64,000 nucleotides of DNA from the human T2T-CHM13v2.0 reference genome, Homo sapiens: NCBI RefSeq assembly GCF_009914755.1, contig NC_060935.1; one strand, 5' to 3'. A program made the position numbers and the translations under genes. The notes under the pieces are model-generated. The model was not told where the DNA came from, did no database searches, and saw only the letters and a program-made list of their open reading frames with translations. Below are positions 28,399 to 42,732 of this stretch, one piece after another; the stretch's first letter is position 1; the number at the start of each line of letters is the position of its first letter.

Positions 28399-28888
28399 GG
28401 TAGATACTCCAGCTGCCCATCATATAGACATTCTCCCTTTGTGCTTTCCTAATAGAATCTAGAATTGGTGTGCCAATGGGCCCAGCTACATTTTTCAGGC
28501 TTCCCTAGAGGTAGAAGTGGCTATGGAATTAAGTTCCAACAAATGGAACAGATAGCAAGTTTTCTTGGTGAAGCTTCTGGGGAAGCACTTAAAAAAAATG
28601 AGGACTGGTTAAGTTTGCATGTGATTTTGACCACCTACCATTCTACTACCTTCTTCCTGAAACAGGCCAATTAGCGCTTCACCTTCCATCTAGTGACTGT
28701 GGATTGACCTCAGGTATAGAAGCTCTGAACTAAGAATGTCAGAGCAAAAAGAAAGTGCTTGAATCTCTATCAGACCAGCCTGAGATGAACACCTCCTGAT
28801 ACCTCTTCAGGAGGGGTTCAACCACTTTTTGTTTAGCTAATCCTTAAATCTCTGTTTCTCATAGCCAAACAGAATTTTAACTGATACT
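28399..28888 (+). mobile_element. Old MLT1 (J/K-type) LTR
   Basis: 'cccagctacattttt...gcttctggggaagc...gccaaacagaattttaactgatac'. Confidence 0.6.
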
Positions 28889-30089
28889 GGTGAGATAATC
28901 ATTCCAAAATAACAGTAACAAAACCGAGTCTAAGACAATCTGTTGCACTTATATACCACTAAGCTGTGGACTTCCCAATAGCCACATGAAAAAGGATTTG
29001 TGAAAGTTTATAATGCTCTCATGAGCTAATAAAAAAGAAGTCCAAATCTATATACAGCGAAATGTATTCCAGTCATTATAATTGAAAAAAAAAAACCTAT
29101 TTCATAGGTTTTTGTGTAGGGGGAACAAGTGATATCTTGATTGGTGAATTTTGGTAATTTTTTGATGATATAAATTGATCTTCCTATGCTTATTTCTTCT
29201 GGTGATATTTGAAAAAAGAAAAATGTTAAGTTTTCCAGTAGGACTGTGAAAATATTTCTGTGGAAAAGGCAAACCCACATTGTTTTCTAGTGGTATGACC
29301 TGATTTAGAAGCATAAGTTAAAGAATGTAGAAGAAAGAATAGTTTGTGTGAAAATTTTACACTCTTCAAAATGAATCATTGTAGTCTAGCTGCACACAAA
29401 AGCTAAATGTCCACAAATGCAATATTAGCATTGTTGTAAAGTGCCTGAAAGGCAGGCACAATTTTGGTAAACAAGAGGCAAAGCACATGCTTTCTATTTT
29501 GGGGATGAAGTGGAAACTATATACGTTGAGGTATAAAAACTACAGTGCTTGCTCATAAAGAGGACCACCTATGTATATGCCAGATGAACCTAAAATGTTT
29601 CTAAAAGTAGAACTAACTCTTATTAACTACAGTTTGGAGTTTACTCAAATGCTTTAACAAGAAATAGAATCAAAGAGATCAGCATTATAAAAAATAGAGA
29701 AAATGATTTTGATCTGGATTATTTTGAAAGCAGGTGTTACTGTTTTCTCACCTTGACCACCAAAGGAAAAACAAATGATTCAGCTTATGTATACCAACTT
29801 AAGTATCTGTCGTTGTCAGCTCAGAGTAGTATTCAGGAATTAATGCCCAGGTATAGGATACTAAAATAAGAAAAAAGGGAATGTTAACTGTGAAGCCAAA
29901 TGATACCCTGCTAGTTAAGAAAAGGAGATTTTTTTGCAAAGAAAAGGAGTTCTCTCTCAAATACGGAAAGCGAGGGAATTCAGAATAGAAAAGCTGACAG
30001 AGACGGGGCAGCCTTAATTTACATGTCAGCTGTAATATCTGCCTTACAAGACTATTTACTTGGTAACTGGATGACATTCCTTAAAACTA

Positions 30090-30103
30090 GTTACCGTAGC
30101 AAC
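30090..30103. promoter_or_regulatory. RFX X-box motif GTTACCGTAGCAAC
   Basis: Exact match to GTNRCC(N0-3)RGYAAC in non-repeat sequence; function is inferred only. Confidence 0.5.
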
Positions 30104-30919
30104 TGCCACATGACACATGTGGCTCTAAGACAGAGAACACCTTCCTGCAAGAAACAAAAGCACCATCAATGTTTCAGAGGAACATTATCATTTTGAGTAA
30201 TGCTGATGGTGTGAAGGAAAGGTGTTAGCCCCAATTCACGGTGACTTTTTCCCTTTAATTTCTAGATCCCGGTAGAGTGTCAACAGAGCTTTCAATTTTT
30301 TTTCACTCCTATTTATCACTTCTCTGTGTTTTTAAAATGTTAATTACCTAAATATTAGCTTTTGGTTAAAGCTGCTAAAAAGCTTCCCACAAATAAAACC
30401 TACCTTCACAATTTCATTAAAAATATCTTTTCAAGACTTTTATATTCTTACCTCTGTTTCTTTGCTACTGCATTTTTTCACCTTGAATACCCATCTTTAA
30501 CTCCAAGTATATAAATACCCCCAGCCACTCATAGCTTAGCTCAACTGTCACTCTTTTCCTAAACAAATTCCCACTTCCTATGAACAAATGTTAAACTCTG
30601 CTAATTTTCTACTTCTTCAATTTTTCTAATTTCTATCCTATTTTAAGCAGTGTATTAAATGTATTAATGTGCTCATTAGAGATCTTTTCTCCATTATTTA
30701 CTCCACTGAATTTTGTGTAGTTCTTTATTGCAGTATGGCTAGTGGATTATCATATTGAGCTTATGACTTCTATTTACCTCTTTAGGCTAACCAGAGAGTA
30801 GAAACATCTATTCACATCTGTGTCTGAGTGCTTGAAACATAAAGGTGTCAACGAGTGTTCTTTATTTGACCTATATTTAATAATAATTAAAATAACATAT
30901 TATAATTGATACTAACTCA

Positions 30920-31070
30920 TTCCAACTTCACAAGAACTGTGAGATAGTTACTATTAATACTTGTATTTGCAGATGAAGATACTCAGCTTTGGAGAGGTCC
31001 AGCTACTGTCCTTAGATACACAACTATTATATTAACTTGTAGATCAGGATTTAAAAATTGAGCTGCAAAA
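30920..31070 (-). mobile_element. MIR
   Basis: 'aactgtgagatagttactatt...tttgcagatgaagatactcagc'. Confidence 0.6.
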
Positions 31071-31543
31071 GGGACTCAAGCTTCAGCTGCTAGGCACAGA
31101 TCCTCCTTTGCTTGTGAGATAATAAATTAAGAACCATTAACTTATTTGTTTTGAACATGGGATAGAATATAGACATGAAACAGATTTGTCATGACACAAA
31201 GCCTCAGCTGTAACAAATTAAATCAACACCCTGGACCTTCCTCTCTACATGCCTCTTTACTATCATTATATAAAGATCCAGTGTCAGGTAATAAAAACAA
31301 ACAAATAATAGCATTCAACTCTACGATCTTGGACAAAGGTTATCGTTCCTCCAAGTCATTTCCTTACTTATAAAATAGGAGACTTAGATCACAGGATCTC
31401 AGAGATTGCTTACTGGAATTGAATCTAAGATGCAGTATGTCCCTTTCCCATATTATATATTTTTACATTTAGAAAGGCCACGTATTTCTATTCTGATAGA
31501 AAGTCCTAGGAAAGGATTCTTTGTTAAACTCCTCCACAGTATT

Positions 31544-32358
<815 letters not shown>

Positions 32359-33469
32359 AGTAATCATCTATATTATTTTCGTTCATTCATCCTAACAATT
32401 GCATTTATTGGTGACTGCTAAGTACAGTTCTAGTTGCTGGAATCCTCTTGATGATTTTTGAAACCTTAGAGCCTCACATAATTTTACCCATTCTGGCTAT
32501 TAAAAATTGTGTTGTGTCCAATATGAAAAATGAGCACTCTTTTAAGTTAATAAAAGTCAGGTCTCTTATTTTATAAAAATCAAATGTCAAAGCTTAGACT
32601 ATGAACTAACAAACTCCAGCTTCAAAAGTGTGTCCTTGAAATTAGTCTTGTGTTGGCACAAACAAAAAGGGAAAATGGAAAACTTTAGATTTTTTGTGTA
32701 TCATGAGATTTCCAGGCTATTAGGCTAAATTAGCTCCAGTTGCCTGAAGGATGTCTTAGGTAACTGCAGCTATCCACAGACATTACCGCATCTAATTCTT
32801 GATGCCATGCTTTGGGGAAAATACAAAGAAATCAGAGAAATTGCAAAGAGTCCCTCTCACAATGATAAAATGCAGGAGTAAACCAGAACTGTGAAAAAGA
32901 TCAATTGAATTAAAAACGTACAGCCTGAAAAACCACAGATTACTGAGGGGAAGATTTTTTTCTGAAATATTAAAGAACAACCAAGAGAAAGAGGCTATTA
33001 TCTTAATTATATAATGGGATACTGTTTTGAAAGCACTCTGGTTTATACAAGTGAGAATCTGCATTAAACATGAGTATCTCTTCACTTCTGGGGAAAAGTA
33101 GCATTAGAAGCCAAAATGGTTTTCCCTAAGCCACCGTTTTGCATAAGTGGATTCTTAATTGATTCTGGTAGGGGTCATGAAGGACCTACATGGGGATGAC
33201 TTTCTTGCTGATAAATTGGGATGAATAGCATTCTGCTTTCATTGGAGAAAGGATAAGGAATTAGTAGGATATGCGTGGTGTGATTGTTGCAGAGAAGCAC
33301 TTTCATTAAATTGAGAGAAGTAACACACACGCACACACACACAAATTATTTCAGTCTTTGAGGTATTACAGTAAAAAAAATAGAGCTTTATTCTTTGTAG
33401 ACTAGAAACACAGCCAACAAAAATGTATACCCTGAGATCTACAATAGGCAGGAAAACTTAAAGGAACCA

Positions 33470-33725
33470 CCATTTTACTGTGGAAAGACATGGATTTTAA
33501 GTCATGAGATCTGAGTCTTTCTCTAGGTTCTATAATTACCTTGCTTTACAAACTATGGTAAGTTATTAACTTCTGTATAATTCACTTTCTTAAACTGTTA
33601 AATAGGGTTAGTGGTGAGACCAACTACCTTATAGTGTTGAATGATATCTCCTTTTAAAATGAGAAAGCATGTAGGAGAATCAGTTTTCTCCCAAATGAAA
33701 GCGTTATTCAAATGCTTATTTAATT
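33470..33725 (+). mobile_element. MIR
   Basis: 'gtggaaagacatggattttaagtca...ggtaagttattaacttct...ctgttaaaataggg'. Confidence 0.6.
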
Positions 33726-35927
33726 ATAGTAGATTTCTGTAGCTACCCAGGAGGAATAAATGATTCTTTGGGACCTATCATATCCTGGTGTTCAAATTTT
33801 CCAAGACATGTTCCCTAGAATAACTAACCAGGTTTTTAGAAGCAGTAACCCTTTCCAACAAGGACTGTTCTTCTTAATCATGACCATGAAACATGCTGAG
33901 TGTGGGAAATGTTGGTAAAGAAACAGTGAGTCCAGAGGTATGTCCAGGTCAAAGTAGGTGTATATGAGATTGTAGGAGGAAGTCAAAAGAGATGTAATAT
34001 ACTTGAGTTATCAACAAGTCAATGGAGAGTCAGAAATTTGAAGGCAAAAAATGACGGCAGAAAGCAAGGGCATGAGGAATAGGTTGAATAAAGTTTGAAT
34101 ATCTCTGGGTAGCTCTGATAAATTTTACCAATATCTATCATCATAGGAGATAATGATAATGGTGACCATGGTTGGTTAGACCTATCAAGAATGTTTTGTA
34201 GGTATCACTTTTCTTTTGACAGAACTCAGTTGGAATTAATCACAACTTTGTCCCTCTTTCGTCCTTTTATCTGGTCTGTGGCGACCGGTCTATCTTTTGA
34301 AAGGAAGAAATGGTTAGAAATGGTTTCTTTTCTCTCTGTTGTGCTCAGTGCAAGCCCAGTCAGTGAAAGAGTCTCTTCACTGGCAAATCAGAATTCCCCA
34401 AATATTCCATATTAATATTCTTTGCAGACATTTCTTTGACATCAATGCACACAGTTGGCTAATAAAGTTATTAAAATATGTCTCAACATCATCATTTTCT
34501 TTGCTTAAGTTTTTTTTGTATGTGTGAATTGTCTAGTCCTAAACAAAATCTTTTCCCTCTTACAAAATCATTCTAAAGAAAAGTCATTCTAATTTAACTC
34601 TCTAACATATAGTATTTTGCCTTTTTTGCAAGCCATTCCACTTAAGATTAGAGCTTTTAGGCTGATACAGTACTAGAATTAAAATAAGGACACTACTTTG
34701 ATTTTCCAGTGTTGATTTTTTTTTGTTTTGTATAGCCAAACCTATAACCTTAGATAGTGAATTATTATCTCCAGGGGACAACCACGTTTTCAAAGCACTT
34801 TTTAAAAGCATTTTTCATGAACTTTCAAACATACCCTAGTTTTTTCCACATTTATTTCCCTCTTTGCTTTGAAATTTTTCATGAGATAATCACACCCATT
34901 TGTGCTACAGGCATGCAGTGGGTCAGCAGGTCCATCTGTGGAGGAAAGTTGGAGGATTATGAGAGATGGATGGCACCTAGAAAATTCAGAAACACCTAGA
35001 GGGTTATGTATCTTATCTTTTAAGAACTCAGATATCCTGTGCATTTACTCATCATGTATAGAGGAAATAACAAAGTAATTATAAATTAAAGGAGTTATAA
35101 ATTATTAAGCATCACATGAATAATTTATTAATCATTCATGAGGTGCTAGTGCTGTGTCTCTGTATCTATCTGTCTGTCTGTCTCCCCTATTGATATTTTT
35201 ATTACTTCATCCTTGACCTTAAAATCACCTTAGGAGTTAGCAATTTACTATTAATCCTGTCTTACAGATAAAGTCTTGGGACAAATCTCTATCATATAGT
35301 TCACCAATTCCAATTATGGAAATAAGCTATACCTGGTATATCATATGCTATCCTGGGTATCTTAATAGCTATTTATAACATATTAATGCATTGTATTTAT
35401 TTAATGCTCTTTTCCCCTATATTCACACAGCTAATTAACTTGGTTTTTCTTAAAAGCAATACTGAGTGAGTTCAATGATTAGGCTTGTAAAGGAAAAAAA
35501 TTCTATCCCTGTTTTTGAAAAATAAAAGCACATTCCGTCAAAAATTATGACCCTCTGTTAAACTCCGAAGTGTCTTCTTTCAGGCATCAAAGTTTATGTC
35601 AAATCCCTCTGACGCTGTGCTTAGCTATGTTTCTTAAGTATTTCTGACTCTCTTATGTGAAATTATCCTTCAGCTCATGATTCAGTGATTCTTTAATATC
35701 TTGACACACAGCCACTTAGAAAACCACTCATCATAAAAGAAGGAAACAAAAACATCTCTCTTAACAATTATTTAGGCATTTTACTTCTTTTAACAGTTTC
35801 CACATCCATTATCTTGTTTAACTAAAAGATAAAGCATTGGAATAGAAACACATATTTTGTCAAACAATTTCACTTTCCTTTTTCAGTTCAAGTTAAATGA
35901 TAAAATCATAGGTGTATGCTTGCTATC

Positions 35928-36320
35928 TGTGGCAGACACTCAAGCCAACTATTGATAACTATTCTTCTCTCCTTCCTCAATGTTAAGAAGACAAATTTTA
36001 GTTAGGTCCTTTCCTTCCCAGATAAGTATTTCCTTCTCCTCCTTACAGCTATGTGTGGCCATGACCAAGTTAAAAGATGCATCTAACATCTGTAAAATTG
36101 CCTTAAAAGTCAATGGGAACCTGTCTTTCTAAACTCCTTTTGCCCTTCTGTTTCCTGGAAGGTGAATGTGATGACTGAAGTTCTAGCAACCAACTTGGCT
36201 AACAAGGATTAGAAGCACAGCCTAGGGATAATGGAGCAATCATCTAGGAGACAAGTTTTCTGAAAGAATTTGGAGAGCTGCTTTAACCAGGGCTAGACCA
36301 CTAACTTCTGGGCTCTACCT
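35928..36320 (+). mobile_element. Old MLT1 (J-type) LTR
   Basis: 'tgtggcagacac...gctatgtgtggccatg...ttcctggaaggtgaatgtgatgactgaagttctagcaacc'. Confidence 0.65.
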
Positions 36321-36680
36321 TTGGTGATATATAATATATATATTGCATAAACTTCATAGCAGTACTATGAAGTAGGCATGAATATCGCTATTATACAAAG
36401 AAAGATATAAAGCTTCAGGGATTTTAAGTGATTGACCTAAGACCAAAACAGAATCCATGGTTTAGAATCACAGTTCTTCATACAGCTCTGGTACAAAATG
36501 GTTTCTCCAAATTTGCCTGTTTACCAAGTTAAAACGGGAACTAATTAAATAGGCACACTTAATTTATAGTCAGATAATGAGAAGAGAATGGATAATTTCC
36601 ACTATGAAGGCCAGATTGGGTGACTTTAGCAGTTTATTGGCCTTCATTTCATGCTACCATGTTAGTTTCAAGAAAGTTTT

Positions 36681-36778
36681 CTCTATCTATCTATCTATCT
36701 ATCGATCGTAAAAAGAAAGAAAGAGAGAGAGAAGAAGGAAGAAAAGAGGGCAGGAAAAACAAAGAAAGGGAAAAAAAT
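36681..36778. repeat. (TCTA)n followed by GA-rich low-complexity tract
   Basis: Visible. Confidence 0.8.
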
Positions 36779-37494
36779 GCTTTTAAAATGCCAAGCAGTA
36801 GATGTCCTGAACTACTTGTAAATCTAAGTACAAACAAATAGAAAATGATGCAATATATTTTATGTAAGAATTAATAGAAGTAGATTCCTGTTTTATTGGG
36901 GTGGGGGACAGCTTTCTAAAAATTTCGCAAGTGACAACAATTTCGGATAAAGTCAAAGAAAGTGAAACAAAGAGTACATTGGATCCAGCTAAGAGGATAA
37001 CACTGATTGCTATTAATGCTGAAATAACAGGGAAGGTTGTGAAGTCAAAGCAACAGAGATAAAGAATGAAGGTGGCAATTGTATCAAGGGCAAGAAAACA
37101 GTAGAGGAGAAGGTCTTATACTGCTTGAATTACAAACTTTTCTTTTTGGTATAGATTTGGCATTTTTAGCTGAGATTCCTAAATAAAAGCCTCAGCTTTC
37201 TTCATTTTGTTTACTAGGTTTTAACAGTTCTATTTCTTACTGTATCTGCCTGCCAAATTTTGATTGAAGATGAAATCTACTGGGACCACTGAACATAGAA
37301 CTTTACTCGATGAGTAAGACTGGATTTTGGGGCTATAGCATACTGCAGGCACAGGGACTCAAGTAGACAAATACTCACGACTGGCTCAGGCTTTCTATCC
37401 ATCAACGATAATGCTTAGCATTAAACACCTACAACATGACAGGTATTTTGCCTACATCACCTGTTAGGTCTCACAGTCCCATAGTAGAAACAAG

Positions 37495-39230
37495 GTGTGG
37501 TTAATGGAATGGACTCTGGAGTCACCCTTCCTAGTTTAAAACCTAATCAGTGCATCCTCTCCATCCTGAGACGTTGGTTATGTTGCTCATCTTTCCTATC
37601 TTTCAGTTTTCTTATCTGTAAAATAAGAATAAAATTAATATTCACCTCTTTAAGGTGTTGAGAATTATTAGCTAAAATATATTGTCACAGGATCCTTGGG
37701 GTGTCACTTTCTGGCCAGAGACCTCTGTGGCCAGTGGTGACTATGCCTGAGTTTTGCTCGGCCTGCTGGGCTTGTTCCGCCCACTCAGCCTGGCAGGCTG
37801 CACGCAGTTCATGTCACTGGCCTGGATCCCATGCTTGTCAAGGGTGAGCCAGGCATGGAGCACGAAACAGCGAGGGGTGTGTAAGTGAGGGAGCCTGGGG
37901 TCCAGCCACTGTGAACAGCCAGGCATCCCGGCCAAGGCATGGCAGGCAGCTCCAGGCACCAGCACGGGTACTGGCTCCCTGCGAGGCTGTGGCTAGACCA
38001 GGCATACCACAAGCAGCTTCCACGGCTGGCACTGGGGAACACGGTGGCACCTGAAAGCTTGGAGATGACAGGAACTGACAGGAGCCCCAAAGAAGGTGTC
38101 ACAGCCCTGACTCAGGGAGCTCCTAGGTCTGGGCTCCTGAAAGGGCTGCAGCTCTTCTCTTTTCTTCTTCCATTGCCCACCACATGGCAAGCAAGGAGAG
38201 TGTTTTAGCCCTGCTTGTGTTTTTCAGCCATGCCATTTGGCAGGTACTGAGTTCTTGTCCTGCATCCAGGAAGAATGAGGTACGCGGACAAGTGGAGGGT
38301 GGAGGGTGAGCAAGGTGAAGAGGTGCTTTATTGAGTGACAGAACACCTTAGAGGAGACCCATAGTGGGCAGCTCCTCTGCAGGCAGGTGGTGCTGTTGTC
38401 TGCCCGAGTCTGGCTGAGGACAGGGATTTTTATAGGCTTCAGAGGAGAGGGAGTGTGTGCTGATTGGTCCCTGGGTGGCCATGGACAGCCCTGGAAAAGG
38501 CACCGTAAGTTCTCACTCGGGTCCACAGAACTGGTAGCCCAAGCCCCAGGCCTCAGGCCATTCCCTAGCCTGAAGGTAGGATTTCACCAGGGACCTGTCC
38601 CTTACCCCCTGGAGCCTGTCACCTCCTGCTGCCGTTTATCTGCCGTCCATGGCACCCAGGATGCCCAGGTTGTTCCTGCAGAGGGGGTGCCTGCAGTCCC
38701 TTGCCAAGCCGCCCTTATCCCCTCTCTAGCCTCCCTCCCAGGCTCATCGGCACCCAAAGTCCAGAGTGGGCTGATGCAGCAGGGGGCTAGTGTGTGTCAG
38801 TGCTGCCCCAAGCATGTACACACCTGGCTGGGTCATGACAGCGCCTGGGCTTGGCCACAACTTTGCTCTGAAATCAGAACAGGCACTGGGAGTAGGGAGA
38901 GGCCAAGCAGCAGGAGCAGGCACTTCTGAGCTTGTAGGGGTAGGGGGGCTTCCTTGGCCCCTGAGAGTGCAGAGATGCCCCATCCGCAGTCGTGGCTGAG
39001 CAGCTATAGCTGAGCTCAGAAGAATGGTGCTCCCCACCCTTCAACTTGGAAGCGGGCGGGGCTTCCACCTGTTCCCAGCTCCTGCAGCTCTGTGGAGCAT
39101 GCAGCCCCAGCCACGCCTCCCCCACTGCAGCCAGTGTCATGGCAGTGGCCACTCCAGACTGGCTGCCACTGTCATCAATATCATGTATTTAGAATAGCCT
39201 GTCATCTTATATGGTTTGCTATTATTTTTG
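37495..39230 (+). mobile_element. MIR split by MER52 (5' part ~37495-37682; 3' part ~39178-39230)
   Basis: 'gtggttaatggaatggactctggagtca...cagttttcttatctgtaaaat' then, after the LTR, 'atttagaatagcctg...gctattatt'. Confidence 0.7.
37683..39177 (-). mobile_element. MER52-type ERV1 solo LTR (~1.5 kb, GC-rich)
   Basis: Termini tgtcacaggatccttgggg...ggctgccactgtcatca match MER52 ends; 4-bp TSD atat (37679-37682 / 39178-39181). Confidence 0.9.
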
Positions 39231-41457
39231 TTGTTCTTGTTTTTAATCCCTTTCTTCATTTCACTGAGAAGAAAAAGGAAGCTGAGAGGGTTTACCCAAT
39301 TAATAAATGTCAAAGCTAGTATTAAGCTTTAGGGTTGCCACCTCTAAAGTTGGTCAACACTCTGGGACAGGCACTATTTTGTGTTTCATTCGGGTAGAGA
39401 AATTCTGAATTATAAGAAACACCTTTTCAGAAAGTTCATTCCTAACATTTAAAAAGTAAATTCATCTCTGAAAATGCCACTTACTGCAAATTTGGACATC
39501 TTTCCACCCCACCGGGTGAAGGTAGGTCACCCCTTCTTACCTTCTCATTACAGCCTTCATTTCAGCTGAAGTGCAGGGCACAGTCAGCTTCCAGCTGCCT
39601 AATTACATTATGAGAACTACATTATTAAAGGGCTATGTAGTGTGAATCTGTGTTATAAGTGGTTTCATGAAAACTACAAAAGGAATACAATTAGTTTTTC
39701 ATCTTTGGAAAGAAAGCTCTTAGTTTGATAGGACTAGAAACCCCTCTGTTGCTTTGGCTTTAATGTCCTCCTCCTTCCTAAAAATCCCTTCCAGGCTGTC
39801 CACAAGCCTCTCTGTCCAAATCAAAACTGTTTTCAAGTCACCACCAAAGTGTTTTCAAAATTAGAGTAATTTCAGGTGAATTCTCATAAACATCTTTCCT
39901 TTCTTCTTGCTTTTCAATGTCTACTTAAGAACAAACACAAAGTCAACTCCAATGCTTTTTATAGTCCAAGCCCAGTAAAAAACGTTAAAATTCCAATAAG
40001 CAATGATGTCTTTTTACTACATTTTAGTACTAAAAAATAAGTGGTTCTAAGACTGCTGTGGCTGTTAGTACTTAAATGGCCAAATTATCTTAATTGTCTC
40101 AGAAGTGGTACTAAAGTTTGAAAAAGCAAGAGTGCCTATGTGAGAAGGAAGGGAAAATGCCACCATTATGTTCACTTTTTAGAAGGGAACATTTGTCTGC
40201 ATTTCAGTCAACAACAAACCATTTTCCAGTAAATCAAAACTCAAAGAGGTGCGGATGGCAAAATTCTCTGGCATATGCTATCCGTGGCTGAGTTGTAGTA
40301 AATTTAACTTTGCTGTGCAGAATTATGAGTCCATTTGATTCCAATTTAATCAACTTGAAGTTCCACGCTGGCCCATTTTGAGGCTGGGGCACGTTGCATT
40401 ACAATGCATGAGACACATTTTTCTGTTGGCAAAGAGCTCTTTGGACTCTTGATGCCAAACTCAATGTCAAACGATGTCTGAGACCCTGGGGGAGGCAGGG
40501 AGCTAGAATACACTCAAGCTGAGTACATCTCACAGAGAAGAATCACTTACTTAAAGGCAAAGCGAAAAGAGGGTGTGGATGAAACAGTAGAGTCAAGAAC
40601 CCAGCAGATTCTTATCAAGTAAATAAGCTTATCTTCTTTAACAAATTATCTCTTTTTTGATATTGATATCTTAATAAACTAACAAATATTCTCTTGTCCC
40701 AAGTCCTAACTTCTTTACCAATATCCATAACATTTACTGTTCCTTCTCACTGCCTGCCAAATCCTGGAAAGAACTGTCTATACTAAGAGTTTATATGACC
40801 TTTCTCCTCTCTATTCTCCTGGACCCATTCCTAGCAGGCCTTCACCCTCTGTTTACATACAAAGGATTCTTGATGAATCACACTCTTCTTCATTTTGAAA
40901 TGCTCAATGATCTCTTCCCAGTCCTTGGTTTACTTGACCTATCAACAACTCTTGGCAGAAGTGATTCATCCCTTATCTTTAGAATGCATTCTTCATTTGG
41001 TTTTCAGGAGGGTCCTTTGAATGGATTATCCTCCTACTACAAATGTTCTTCCTTCTCAGTGGTCTTGGTTGGATCTGCCCCATTGTCCCTACCTGTATGA
41101 AATGGAATATCACAGGAACCACCCACAGATCTATAATCTTCTTTTATTATACTTACTTCCTAAATGCTTCCACTCAATAGCATGACTTTAATTTTCATTC
41201 ATATGCTGATGACCAAATTTACATCTCCAGTCTCAATCTCTTCTCTAAACTACAACTTTTAATTTGATAACTGTAATTGAAAGTTAATAAGTATCTTAAA
41301 ATTAAAGCTTCCCAAAGACATGCTTTATATCTACTCTCTCCGAATCCGAAATGCAGTTTTTTCAATCAAATTAACTGGCAATTCCATCCTACCAGACCAA
41401 AACGTTGCTTTAGTCTTTACTCTTCTTTCTCATATCTCACTTCCAATCTATCAGTAA

Positions 41458-41842
<385 letters not shown>

Positions 41843-42444
41843 AAGATACTATCTTCTTATACTTGGATTCTTGCAAGAGACTTCTAACCATTCTCCTTAC
41901 TTTTACCTAGGTATTATTTGGCATGTAGATGTCAATCACTCTTCTAAAACTTGAGTCAGATCAATTCATTTCTCTATTCGAAACTCACCTGTGCCCTCCT
42001 AAGGTATTCAGAGTGAAATACAGAAAACTTACCATGACTTATAGCATCCTACCTTTTTGACTGCCTTTGCTTCCAGTACCTCCCCAGCTTACACATCAGG
42101 TTCACACCAAGCTCCTTACTGTTCCTTAAACAGCCCTAGGATGTTTTCATCTGCAGGCCTTTGCACTTGCTGCCGTAACTGCTTAGAAGCACTTATCTAT
42201 GTGCTTTCATGAGGCTTCTCTTCAAAGATCCCTTTATCAAGAAAGCTTCTATAATCCATAGAAAATAGCATCCCTGGATCTATCATTTTTAGTGACTTTA
42301 TTCTGCTTCATTTTTCTTTGTGACACTTATTACCACCTGACATATTTTGCATTTGTCACTGGCTATCTTCCCCAACTAAATATGAACATAATGTGGACTT
42401 CCTTTTCTCCACACTTATATCTTGAGTGCATAGAATAGTGCCTG

Positions 42445-42732
<288 letters not shown>

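Noticed and set aside
37741-39319. Cluster of overlapping ORFs up to 180 aa
   Set aside because: They lie in or start in the GC-rich MER52 LTR, where stop codons are scarce; no recognisable domain.
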